Positions 53,444-64,000 of a DNA stretch of 64,000 nt are shown here, one piece after another. A program made the position numbers and the translations under genes. This DNA is from Amoebophrya sp. A120 (taxonomy: Eukaryota; Protista; Dinoflagellata): positions 310,001 through 374,000 of the forward strand of contig CAJINV010000022.1 in NCBI GenBank assembly GCA_905178155.1. The letters run 5' to 3'. A model generated the notes under the pieces. That model saw nothing but the letters and a program-made list of their open reading frames with translations. It made no database searches and was not told the DNA's origin. The stretch's first letter is position 1, and every line of letters begins with the position of its first letter.

Positions 53444-56398
53444 ATGTCCACCTTGTTAATTACAAATCTGCACGATGATACCCCGCTGACCCTTGGGTCG
53501 CGGGAAAAAACAAGCTCTTCCAAAAGTAAAGTTTCGGCGCTTCCGACGTTCCGAGAGTGTGAAGAAGATGAAGAAGAGGATTTTTTTGAACCGACGCCCG
53601 CCCCTCCGGATTTCGACGGCTTGAAAGCACGCTCTGCCGCCGTTGCCACAGCAGTAGCCGCGAAGGGTGCCAACCCGAGTGACAGATGGCATGTAATTTT
53701 CGTTATCGACACCTCCGGAAGCATGGGCAAAGCAGATATTAAACACGATTCGGATGGCGCGTCTGCGACAAAGAACACAAAAACCAAAACCCGGCTAAGA
53801 GCGGTTCTGGAAGTGCTGGAGGACTTTGCGGAACACCAGCGCGACACGGACAGAGCCGCGTCTGGCGACCTTTACTCCGCCGTTGGCTTCAGTGATGAGA
53901 GTACGGTTTGGTTTCAGAGCGTCAAGTCCGGCGACGAGTTGTGTGATAGTTTGCGGATCGCCCAAAGCAGTGGCCGTGCCCGCGCCCGGAACGGAACCTC
54001 TTACACAAGTGGGCTCTATGGAGCAATGCAGTTACACAAAAGCAGACCGGATCTGAAAAACCGGAAAGTGCGGATTATTTTTTTGTCAGATGGGCGTCCG
54101 CAGACCTGGGATCGGTATGATGCGCAGTGGTACCAGGAAACCTGTGTCCCTTCGTTTCCCAAAGGAGTCCAGCTGCACTGCGTTGGCATCGGGAAAAACA
54201 CCCACGCCTTTGCGTGTCTTCAGCACATGGCCGTTCTAGGTGGCGGCCGATTCTATTTCTCTCAGCTGGCGGCAGCCGATCTTCGCCGGACCTTCACCAC
54301 CATTTCCCGCACCCTCACCTCGACGCGCGAGTCCGGAGGCTCGAGCTCAACCAAAGATTCTTCGGCCAAGCCACGGGCGTTTACTTTTCTACCGCCGCCT
54401 AAGGAAGTCCTACTGTACAATACGAAAATGACGGAACCGAATATGGGCTACCCAGCTGGAAATGTTGATGTTTTTCATTGTTCCCGCGACCAGTACGCTT
54501 TTGACCTCGAGTTTGGTATGGTCCATACGGACCACACCCCGCTAACGTGGCTGCAGCGAGCAACGCTGCCTTTCACAAAAGGGAATATGCGATTTGTTTT
54601 TGCCATGAAGGGAGATGATGATTTCCATGCGAACGAAGGCAATCGGAAGAATTTTGGCAAGTTGCTTGTTGGAAAGGAAACCTTTGCAGCGACTTCAACC
54701 TACGAGACGCAGATGACCTTCGTGCGCAACACCTGCGTCGCTCAGTATTTCGCCAGAGGATTTTGCGATCGTATCGGCGTGCCTGAGTACCTGAGGTTTC
54801 TCCCAGTTTTTCTCTACTCTCGACCACCGCCTGTTTCCTCGAAGAAGAACAAAAAGAAGCAGAAAAATAAGGACCCGACGGATGAGAAGCAAGTGCAGTT
54901 CTTCTGCGGGGAGGAGTATTTGCCCGGCATCTTTGAAAAGGTGACTAACAATGCTGATTACGTCAAGGAGTGTGCAGCTGGCGACGCAAACCGCATTCAT
55001 ACCGAGGCGCTGGAATGCTTCTCGCATTTCACTTACGAGGAGTCCGGTGGGTCTCTCATGGTCACGGATCTGCAGGGCGTTGCGTCGCAAGGAAGAGACT
55101 TGTGCTGGACGTTAACCGACCCGCAAGTCTTATCTCAAGAGCCCGGGCGAGAGCTGTACGGACGCGCCGATCGGGGGCCGCAAGGCATGACGGAGTTCTT
55201 CTCGCGGCACAAGTGTAACGAGATGTGCCGGCGCCTCGACCTGCCGTCCCGCGAAGAGGAATTTCGCACCCTGGCTGCTTCGGGTCTGGCTGTAGTTACA
55301 AAAGCAAAAAATAGGCGCGAGGAGATGGAGCGCAAAATGAACGAAACTGAGGAGTCAGGCAAGCGGGCCACGTTAGCTGCATCTTCAGTATCTTCGTCTG
55401 TCAATGAGCCTTCTCGTCCGAAGAAGAAAACACGAAGCACTTTACCAGGCGAGCGCGAGAATATCCTGAGTTTGATTTTCGGCAAGAAACTCCATCTCTT
55501 TGGGGAATGTGACTGCAGCTTCACTTTGGCGGCCGCAAAGCTGTGCGCGTCGCATGCGAGGAATAGAGGCAATTTTGGCAATGCGAATGCTCTTGGTGAG
55601 ATGAACGACGATGGAACTACACAGCCCATGCTCACAAACGGTTGGGTCGCATCGGATCTGGCTTTTCCAGTCGGCACGGCGTCGTTCGAAGAAAATTCGA
55701 AAATTCTGAAAAATCACTACGGCGTCACAGTCGTGTCCCACAAAAGCGTCGACGCGTCCAAGCCCATCCTCTCAGCCAAGCACCTCCAGTACTCGGTCAA
55801 AGTTGCCGACATTGCCCTCTGGGCAATGCCTTTTTTGGACCGATTTTCCCCCGCGCTCGATTCTCGTGGCGACCAGCAAAAGATGAAGAAGGAGATGCAG
55901 GACAGGATTTTTGGCTTCGTCCGCGCGCAGGGAGACTTTTTCGACCAGGTTGCAGTGGTGCTGCTTTCGAAGCAGCACTTGGACTGGGAATTGAGGAAAG
56001 CGCTAGAGACTGTCGGGCTGAAACAAAAATTATACCCAATTGTGAAGGTGGTGAGCTTACAGCCCTTGTTGGACCATGGCTACCAGCCGCATTTTGGGGA
56101 CAAAAGAGACACTGGTGGAAAAAAAGCGAAGTATCACAAGCTGTGTGAGTGCGTCGTCGTATCGTGGAGTGCGTCGAACCCCAAGAATTGCTGTGAGCAA
56201 GAACACGATGGAGAAGCGGATCACCGTGGTGGCGCAGTCGGTGGAAAGAAGGACCGGTCGATACGAGACGAACAAGATTGTTCACCCGCAGAGGTGAGAA
56301 CAACGAGCTTACCTTGCAAGAAAACTACGTCTGGCATTTCCGATACGAAGCTGGTCCGACGGCGAAAATCTGTTTCGACGGGAGTGGGAAAGAAGTGA
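53444..56398 (+). CDS. vWA domain + alpha-kinase (eEF2K/MHCK type) + BMT5/DUF2431-like methyltransferase-fold domain; intronless
   Basis: MIDAS FVIDTSGSM and IIFLSDG. Alpha-kinase motifs PFTKGNMR, GEEYLPG..K..NN, FSHFTYE.SGGSLMVTDLQG, LTDPQ, FFSRHKCNEMC. C-terminal LFGECDCSFT, VDASK, WAMPF, GYQP. Confidence 0.85.
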   Translation: MSTLLITNLHDDTPLTLGSREKTSSSKSKVSALPTFRECEEDEEEDFFEPTPAPPDFDGLKARSAAVATAVAAKGANPSDRWHVIFVIDTSGSMGKADIKHDSDGASATKNTKTKTRLRAVLEVLEDFAEHQRDTDRAASGDLYSAVGFSDESTVWFQSVKSGDELCDSLRIAQSSGRARARNGTSYTSGLYGAMQLHKSRPDLKNRKVRIIFLSDGRPQTWDRYDAQWYQETCVPSFPKGVQLHCVGIGKNTHAFACLQHMAVLGGGRFYFSQLAAADLRRTFTTISRTLTSTRESGGSSSTKDSSAKPRAFTFLPPPKEVLLYNTKMTEPNMGYPAGNVDVFHCSRDQYAFDLEFGMVHTDHTPLTWLQRATLPFTKGNMRFVFAMKGDDDFHANEGNRKNFGKLLVGKETFAATSTYETQMTFVRNTCVAQYFARGFCDRIGVPEYLRFLPVFLYSRPPPVSSKKNKKKQKNKDPTDEKQVQFFCGEEYLPGIFEKVTNNADYVKECAAGDANRIHTEALECFSHFTYEESGGSLMVTDLQGVASQGRDLCWTLTDPQVLSQEPGRELYGRADRGPQGMTEFFSRHKCNEMCRRLDLPSREEEFRTLAASGLAVVTKAKNRREEMERKMNETEESGKRATLAASSVSSSVNEPSRPKKKTRSTLPGERENILSLIFGKKLHLFGECDCSFTLAAAKLCASHARNRGNFGNANALGEMNDDGTTQPMLTNGWVASDLAFPVGTASFEENSKILKNHYGVTVVSHKSVDASKPILSAKHLQYSVKVADIALWAMPFLDRFSPALDSRGDQQKMKKEMQDRIFGFVRAQGDFFDQVAVVLLSKQHLDWELRKALETVGLKQKLYPIVKVVSLQPLLDHGYQPHFGDKRDTGGKKAKYHKLCECVVVSWSASNPKNCCEQEHDGEADHRGGAVGGKKDRSIRDEQDCSPAEVRTTSLPCKKTTSGISDTKLVRRRKSVSTGVGKK

Positions 56399-57269
56399 CA
56401 AAGGTTAGTACAACACAAAAACGGTTCCACCTGTCATGTGTAAAGCGAAAATAGACAAAGCAAACTCTCGCCTTCTACAGTATCCGAGAAAACGAAATTG
56501 ACTAGTACCGCCTTGGCGTCTCAAATGAAAATATTTTTACAATATCACTATCATGTCGATACGCATCATGTCTGTGACTGTGACTTTCCGCAGCACTTTA
56601 TCACGTTGGTTTATGATTTTTAACTGTACTACTACACAAGCGCATTTCGTTTCCAAATAGGACGGCCAAGAGCTGTAGATGTCCCTCATTCACTTTGGAA
56701 GACGTTTCACGACCTACTCGTCACGCCACCTCATTCAGAACACGCCCTGAACATAAAACCAAAGTTGCTTTTCAACTCTGGCGGTCGATCTTTTGATTCA
56801 AGAGGCTGCCCGACGTGTATCATTTTTTCTTGTACAGAAATACCAACAGGGGGTGTAATGCTCTCCGTACTTCTACTACTTGACGAGGCATGCGCTACAC
56901 CTTGCACTCGCTTGGCAAGTCGTCTTGAGTCGTTTTCCTTACCAGCAGCGGCATTCTTGCGGTGACATTCTTCAGGCCTCGTGTATCGTTTCTTATCGTG
57001 ATTAGTTCCATTTTCCTCTTGGTGGAGAGACAGTTGATTCGAGGAAGCAGTCGCGTCTTTTGTCGCTTTTGTGATGAGCTTCTTGTTCGTAGCTTGTTCG
57101 TGGCCCTCAGAAATATCTTCGTTCGGATTTTCTGCTTCTTTTTTCGCCCTGAGTAGCAGTTACTCGTCCTAGTAATCGGGTGCTATTGGAACAAGAAGTC
57201 ACTGATTTTTGCAACTGATAGTAGATTGCTCAACTATACCCGCTTCGCGGTCCGTCGCTTCACACCAAG

Positions 57270-58949
57270 ATGCCAGAGCAGCCGAGAATTTCCACCTCTC
57301 AAGGTGGAGCAACGAACCTTGGCGAAAATAATAGCGACCTGCACGAAAAAAACCAGAAGGCGGCTGTAGATGGACCAGCTCCTCCTCTCACCTCCACTCT
57401 TGACCACCTTCTCGCAAAACTGGATTATTCCATCCACAACATGCACAGTCTCCACAAGACGATGATGGCCGAGGCATCGAGGGTTTTGGACACTCCGGAC
57501 GGGGAGATCATTGACGTGAGGATGGAAGGACAAGGAACTACAGGGACAGCAACGGGGACCACTGGTGGCGCATCTTCAAACGAGGACGGCGCAGATGCAA
57601 ACAAGTTCGAAGATGTCACCGACGATCTCAATCTGGTGCAGGTCTCCATCGGAAAGGATTGTAATGGAAAGGGCGTTTTGACCCTCGGGAAGCCGAAGAG
57701 TCACCCTGTTGGCGGTGGTGGAAGATCAAGTCGTGCCTCTTCGTCTGCGTCGACAAGTGCAGAGGAACGCTCTGCTGAGTCTTCCGAGGTAGACGAAAGC
57801 AGCATCCCGTTTCTCTCTACGGGCGAGGAGCACGACCAGTTGGCGGCGATTTTGCCCTGGGCATCAGCATCACATCAAGTAGGCGACGAAGCCTCTGACG
57901 CTGTTGCTGTTGAAAATAAAGGCATCAATTCCAATTGCGATGATTCATCTTCTGATCCGGAACAATACGAGGAACTGCAGTATGTAGACGAGAAGGAGCG
58001 CTACGCCGATAGACATCACGACCAGAACCAGATATCTATCGCGAAGAAAGACCGCCTTCTTTTCGACGCCTGCGCGCGGAACATCCTGCTGGAATGCAGA
58101 AAAAGGCAGCTTGTCGTGCGACCATCTCACATATTAGCAGGATGCTTTTCTGGTGAAATGACTACGCAAGAAAATAACTTGAATTGCAGCAGAGCTTCGT
58201 CGTCCTACTCCCCCTCCTCCTCTACCACTGTCAGTTGTAGCACTGCTGCGATAGCCACATCATCTGCCGGCTGCGGTGTTTTCACAGAACGGGAAATCAA
58301 GAAAGGCGAAGTGGTGTTTTCCTATCGCGGTAGAATTCTTTGTCGAAAGTTGCCGGAGATGAAAAACGCTGATGGAGGGCCGAAAGCAACAATTTTCGAC
58401 ACCATCCGACAAGCTCGGGAAAGCTGCATGACAAAGAACATCACAACAAGAGAGAACCACCTGCTCCAGCAACTCGTCTTCAACGAATCGGACCTCGGGC
58501 CGCGCACGGATCGTGCTTTTCGGTACCGAATGCAGCTCGACCGCTATCACGACATGGACGGGGGGACGGGAGGACCAGCACCCTTCGCCGCCTGTCTGGC
58601 GGCGTATTGCAACAGCAGTCGCGGAGTTTCAGTTTGTCATGCAGATACAGAAGAGAAACAAAACCAAATCGAAAACCTCATCCCGGTTTTGGACCACACG
58701 AAGGGATTGAGCAGCAAAGCCGTGCAGTTTGTCGCGAGAAGGGACATTGCTGTTGGGGAGGAATTGTTGTGGGACTATGATTTTCACATGGAGAATAAAA
58801 ATGCTGAAAAAACAGGAGACACGACATCAGAAGTAGTGCAGAATCAAGAAAATGAACCAAAAAACAAGATGAACAATCATGATCCGGTCTATGAGCGGAT
58901 GCTGTTTCATATGAACCGAGGTGAATCGGACAACGCACACGCATTTTAA
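57270..58949 (+). CDS. SET-domain protein (putative lysine methyltransferase); intronless
   Basis: GCGVFTEREIKKGEVVFSYRG, AAYCNSS, FVARRDIAVGEELLWDY. Confidence 0.85.
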   Translation: MPEQPRISTSQGGATNLGENNSDLHEKNQKAAVDGPAPPLTSTLDHLLAKLDYSIHNMHSLHKTMMAEASRVLDTPDGEIIDVRMEGQGTTGTATGTTGGASSNEDGADANKFEDVTDDLNLVQVSIGKDCNGKGVLTLGKPKSHPVGGGGRSSRASSSASTSAEERSAESSEVDESSIPFLSTGEEHDQLAAILPWASASHQVGDEASDAVAVENKGINSNCDDSSSDPEQYEELQYVDEKERYADRHHDQNQISIAKKDRLLFDACARNILLECRKRQLVVRPSHILAGCFSGEMTTQENNLNCSRASSSYSPSSSTTVSCSTAAIATSSAGCGVFTEREIKKGEVVFSYRGRILCRKLPEMKNADGGPKATIFDTIRQARESCMTKNITTRENHLLQQLVFNESDLGPRTDRAFRYRMQLDRYHDMDGGTGGPAPFAACLAAYCNSSRGVSVCHADTEEKQNQIENLIPVLDHTKGLSSKAVQFVARRDIAVGEELLWDYDFHMENKNAEKTGDTTSEVVQNQENEPKNKMNNHDPVYERMLFHMNRGESDNAHAF

Positions 58950-59634
58950 ACATCGAGTGGCCCGGCTGGCTTTATTAGCTTTTTAACGTTACTACACTCA
59001 CACGCGCTTCCTGGTGTTCTTTCCTGGTGTACTGGCGTTTCCGCAAGAGATCATTTTTTGCAACCTTATTCCCTCAGAGCAGATTCAGAGAAGAAGACCA
59101 AGACTCCTCGATCAGGTGGTCCAAGAGCGCGGAAAAAGACACCGCTTGAAGACGGTTCAAGAAGATCGACTCACGTTTTTCTTTTTGCTTTCGGAGATCA
59201 TATGTCGAAAAGGCTGTCTTGTCGAGATCAGCTTAGCATTGTGGATCTGGCTGGAACAGCCGTTTTGGTTTTTGTGGATCGTTTTGATGGCCGTGTTAAG
59301 TTTACTTTTTTGTTTCTGTTCTTTTCGTCCTCCATCTTTCACGATCACGAACTAACGCAATTACTGAAAAAAATACCAAATACAAATCCAACCTAACCAC
59401 CTCCAATTAGTCATATTCTACTTCTTGTTTGCAATTTTCGCAATCGCGAGGACAACTGCAGGCCTCTGCCACTTTCTCATCCGAAAAATACATCTTGTCA
59501 CAGACACATCAGTAACTGCTTGTACTCGCTACAGGGCAACGCCAAACCGAAAATAAAGCTCAATGTTGCTTTCGCACAACACGGCCGAAAACCTTCCCAG
59601 CCCCCAGAAGAAAAGCGCCGCAGCCACGAAAAAC

Positions 59635-62600
59635 ATGGTCGCCATGAATCTCTCCCAGGCGGAAAAAACCGCTCTCGACGAGGTGAAGCATACCTACAAA
59701 TATCACAGGAAAAAGTGTTAACATTTACTAGGGAATTTGTGATGCGGCAATGCATCACAAAACGTGCCCAAATTTGTCATGCATAGCAGGCATACTAGGC
59801 TAATTTTGTGATGCATAGCTGCAATCTGTGAAATAAACCGTAAACGTTAACAGTTTTTCTTGTGATAACAAACAGGACCAGTTGATGGTCGCGGGAGAAC
59901 TTTTGAAGGAAACGTTTGGAAAAAATGAGAAGAAACTCCTCGAAGTGACGGAAAAAGACGAGGAGATCCACGACGTCTCGCAGCGGTTCCAGATGATGCA
60001 AGACGTCCAAAAGACTTTGCAAAAGATCGACGAAGCGCGGGCTAATGACGGAAAGGCCGCTTCGGACGCGGAAAGTGGCAGTCTCATGGATGAGGAAGAA
60101 CTGAAAAAGCAGCAGGAGAAGGCAAACAAAACTTCCTCGAAAGATGCCGACGACGAGTATGGCGTTCTCAAATGTTACATTCTCAACTGTTACAGGAATT
60201 TGTAATGCAAGAACGGCAAAAATGAATGGGGGAAGCTTGTGCCTTTTGCATTACAGATTTGGCGCAGATGTTGATGTACATGCTGTTTAGCCCCTTCGAA
60301 GATTTGTCATGCGAAGGAGCTTAATGGTGGTGATCTTGGTGGCAAGTTTGCATGACAAATCATGTAACAGTTGAGAATGTAACGTTTGAGAGTCCCATAA
60401 CGAGAAAAATCAAGAAGTGGATCCGAAAGCCCCTCTGTGTATCAAGATCACGAATCCGGCCATTTTTGGAGGGGATAAAAATGCTACTTCCAACACGACC
60501 AATTCATCCAACATCGGCAACTGGCAGCTGCTCCGCGAGTACGACGGGATTAAGACCACTATGCGGACCGATGAGTTGTACGAGGACAATAACAACAAAA
60601 CCACCCGGATCTACAGCTTCACCGTCGAAGGGTCGGCCAACATCGAGTTCTTCCCGTTGTTATCCATCCTAAACGAAGCGGATCTGTATGTGAAGTGGAT
60701 TCCGTCGGTGTTGGGTTTAGGGTTAGTCCGTGCCGACATCATCGAACGGAAGAACCGGTGCGATTTTACGTCGCGGATTTTGATCAAGCTCCCCTTCCCG
60801 TTTTCCAACCGCCGCATCACGTTTAACATCCGGGGCTACGACTGCATGACGGAAAAGGATTTGGTGAAACAGGTTTTGGTGCAATTAAGCTCCGCGGAAA
60901 CCGTCTCTGTGGACCAAGACGGTGACGAAAACGATATCGCGAAGGAATACGAGGGATCCAAGCCCGCTGTCCTCGACAAATCCGCGATCGTTCTCACGCC
61001 GGAGGGCAAACACTCCACCTACGCACAGATCCTGGTGATATGGCTCTCTCAAACGTTGCATTCTCAACTGTTACATGCATAATTTTCCATGCAAGAATAG
61101 CAAAAGCACAAGGGGAGACCTTGCGCGGCGGCGCCGGGAACTTGTCACGTGAACAAGATTGATCGTGTGAAGTGTAATACTAGTGATTCTGCATTACAAA
61201 CTCATGCAACAGGAGTTGAGCATGTAACGTTCTTTGAGAAGGCCATAGCTGAACGTCGTCCCGTTGATCGCCTTCGCGCCCCAGTGGCTGGTGAATTTGG
61301 CGTTTAAGAATCTCGCGTTTTTGATTCTGTTGAAAATCCGCTCGGCGAAGGAAGTGACCGCGTCTCCGGTCTACAAAGACCGCCACATGGACCCGAACAA
61401 CGAGTTTTACGATTTCATCAAGATATCAACTGCAGATATGCCTGGGTCTGGATGAGTGCAGATGTTTGTCATGCATCTTCTCAATCACACAAAACAAATG
61501 GTCTGTCATCCACGTAAAAGCATTGATACAGGTTTCATGCTGGCCTCCTGATGCCTGTCCCGCATGACAAATTCCCTACTTGCGTAGCAAGAACTGGGAA
61601 GCTTTTGGCATGTCTATTCAAATATCCGCATGACAAGTTCCAATTGTTCTTCCAGGCCCAGACATATTTGCAATGCATACAAGACCCGTATGCGCGAGTC
61701 CATCCCCTACCAGGAGATCCCTGAGGACGTGGTGTTGCCCGAGGAAAACATCTACGGTTTTTGCCTTGGAAAAGCGGTTGGTGACAAAAAGAAATCCACT
61801 GCTGCCGCCGAGAACGGCTTGGAGTTATTAGAATCGGTCCGGAAACTGGTGGACTCCGTTCGGGTGAAGGTGTCCGACGCGTCGACCACGAATGGGGATA
61901 AGGACAAGGAAAAGGAGCAGAAAAAGAAAGAGGAGAAGAAGAACATATGCACTGCAAAAGTATCGTGTACTAGTATACATCGCATGACAAATTTCCTCAG
62001 CACGACGAGAAATGAAATTTGTAATGCGGATTGAACTTGAAAAAAAAAAAATTGCAATGCGTAAATACGATTAGTACGAGTGCGATGCTTTTGCAATGCA
62101 TAGAACAGTTTGAAGGACACGTTTGTCACGATCAACGAGACCATTTACGACTCCAAGTGGGCGAAGCAGTACCACGCGAACGAGCGTCTATTGTGAGGAA
62201 AAATCCCCCCTCCCTGTATTGAAACGGAAATTTGTCTTGCTGGATTTGTGTACACAAAACAGCTCTGTCTTGCAGAGAGACACTGCAGGCAACGCCTAAG
62301 CCTGTGTAGGTGGGTTTTGATGTAGGTGCTTAGCATAGCAGAGGCCTGCCATGTAGCCGCAGCAGCAGCACAAATCGCCCGCATAGGCCGGCGGATTCTT
62401 TGGATTTGCCCTCTTGCAAGAGAGACAGGATTTGTGGTCACATATCAGCATCGCAAACTTTTAGGAACGTACCTGCTCAATATGGGGAGGGGGGATTTTT
62501 CCTCACAATAGCGTCGGGTGACTGTTTTGAACATCCGGAAGGCGATGAAGGTCCGTCCGGTATCCCGTGTAAAAACGTCCCCACCCCAGAATTTTCATGC

Positions 62601-63074
62601 AATTCTGCATGCCAAAAAAGTTTCTCATGCGGAGCCCTATGAGAAGCCGCGTTCTCCATTCGTGTTTTGGAATTTGTGATGCAAGAATCAGCATGCTACC
62701 CAAGATCTGTGATGCTTCTGAACTAGCTCAACAGGATTACACTACGAGGACCACAAACTTACCATACCAAACAACCAAGGCTGGTTGATTTGTCTAGCAC
62801 AGTTGCCATCTTGACTCTGGTGTGGGGACGCTTTTAATCAGGATATCCGGGCTTGGACTTTTACAAAAACGGGAAAACGGAGGAGGAGCACATGAATGTC
62901 GAATACGGCAAGGTGATCGAATTCGATCTGCAAAAATGCACTGCTACGGTGGAATGGACGACCGAAGCTGGCTGGTTTTCCAAGGCGAAGACGCAGACCT
63001 TCGACTACAAAATCGGCCCGGTCGGGAAGTTCGAGTTGGCCAAGTGGTCCAAACACGAGCGAGATCAGTACTGA
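59635..63074 (+). CDS. START/SRPBCC-like lipid-binding domain protein; 8 exons, 7 TIR introns
   Basis: Frame restored across 7 elements. Motifs WQLLREYDGIKT, NEADLYVKWIP, LPFPFSNR, APQWLVN. Exons 59635-59700, 59873-60157, 60405-61038, 61253-61423, 61685-61945, 62108-62188, 62516-62560, 62851-63074. Confidence 0.8.
59701..59867. mobile_element. TIR introner family C
   Basis: Direct repeat ACAAA; similar to the 7242 copy. Confidence 0.9.
60158..60399. mobile_element. TIR introner family F
   Basis: Direct repeat ACGAG; similar to the 5880 copy. Confidence 0.9.
61039..61247. mobile_element. TIR introner family F
   Basis: Family F TIRs; flanks GGTGA/GCTGA. Confidence 0.85.
61424..61679. mobile_element. 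TIR introner family A
   Basis: Family A TIRs; direct repeat CAAGA. Confidence 0.88.
61946..62102. mobile_element. TIR introner family B
   Basis: Family B TIRs; direct repeat GAACA. Confidence 0.9.
62189..62510 (-). mobile_element. TIR introner family D, orientation 2
   Basis: TATTGTGAGGAAAAATCCCCCCTCCC with an exact inverted copy; direct repeat GCGTC. Confidence 0.92.
62561..62845. mobile_element. TIR introner family E
   Basis: Direct repeat TCCGG; ends similar to the 5469 copy. Confidence 0.88.
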
Positions 63075-64000
63075 TCGATTCTGTCGTACTAGTGGAACGA
63101 CACCTTTCACCATCAGTAGAGGCGAAATTTACACATCGCAGTGCTGTAGCTGAGCGACATAATATCTGACCGCGACAACTTCAACTACGTAGAAGATCTT
63201 CACGAGGTGATGTATATTTATGAGCAGCAGCTGCTGTTAGCTGCTGTTCGTGTAGTTCCTCGACCCTTTGAGCTATTTTTCCTGCTTATTGACTATGTTG
63301 ACATCGAAGTCAAACCTGATGACGAGTTTTACTTGTGTAAAGAAATTGCAAGTGCAAGACGAAAAGATTAAATAGGACTAGTCTAGTACAACTTCTTTGG
63401 TGCATCTGATGATTCAAATCCCAACAGCAAGAGCGAGCCGTTTGGAAAATCACATTTCGAAGAAGAACCGACGATAGAAGGCGAGATAGTCGTCGAACTG
63501 TTGTAGGCCGAAGTAGTACTAGCATCTGGTGCAAGAAGAGGAACCGCTGTTGGTAGTACACAATTTTAGGACACAGAGCGACCGTACTGAGGAGAAGGAC
63601 AAATGATTGATTGCTGCGTATAGACTTGTGCCGCTTGGGCTTGTGGCCTCTCGCTCAGCTAGTTTCAAAAAATTTGCAAAAAAACAAAAAATCGAAAGAG
63701 TCAGAAATCGCGGCGCAGTGCAAGTCGGCTCCACCGTTGGAGCGAGCCGGCACGCTATAGCAGCATACTATGCTTCGGTGTTCGCACGATTCTTAGCAGA
63801 ATTCGTCATTCATATACAGCTTGCAATTCTTGAAATCGTGCTGTCGGGGATATGCTTAGTTGTGGGTCTTCTAAATTATTGGCTCCTCGAAAGAAAAAAG
63901 CCGTCGAGAGGGTCGTTGCAAAATTTTCGTCTGCCTGCAAATCGTGTCTCATAGATACCTCAGAAGTGGTGAGCCGTCGTTACTTATTAGTCACCACACA

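Noticed and set aside
58420-58650. Hidden introner in the SET gene (GCATGACAAA ... TTTGTCATGC)
   Set aside because: No TAT..ATA TIR pair or 5-bp duplication, and the interval contains the SET motif AAYCNSS.
462-63074. Stop-codon reassignment to explain the fragmented ORFs
   Set aside because: Stops fall inside the elements and spliced frames are open under the standard code. Only the TAA at 26773 is unexplained.

Overview
Eukaryotic genomic DNA. All credible genes lie on the + strand. The gene architecture resembles the syndinian dinoflagellate parasite Amoebophrya, but this attribution is inferred and not shown by the sequence. The dominant feature is a set of 51 MITE-like elements in about 11 sequence families (family letters are my own labels), all inside coding sequence. 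Nearly all start TAT and end ATA (two start TAC; two end ATG, one ACA), have terminal inverted repeats (TIRs), and lack GT-AG ends. The 5-bp flanking direct repeat is perfect in 37, has 1-2 mismatches in 10 and is decayed in 4. By manual translation, removing each element plus 5 nt restores the reading frame in all 51 cases, so they look like non-canonical introns (introners). They occur in both orientations and share a TTGTNATGC motif. One has grown to 4.26 kb through insertion of a GC-rich, satellite-bearing element. Reconstructed genes: a TBC/RabGAP protein, a hypothetical protein, a disrupted ankyrin-like giant ORF with a patchwork insertion, two tandem secreted NLS-bearing paralogs, an AspH-like/aldo-keto-reductase-like multidomain protein, two tandem secreted Cys-rich paralogs, a vWA/alpha-kinase/BMT5-like fusion, a SET-domain protein and a START-domain protein. 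Coordinates were read by eye and may be off by a base or two.
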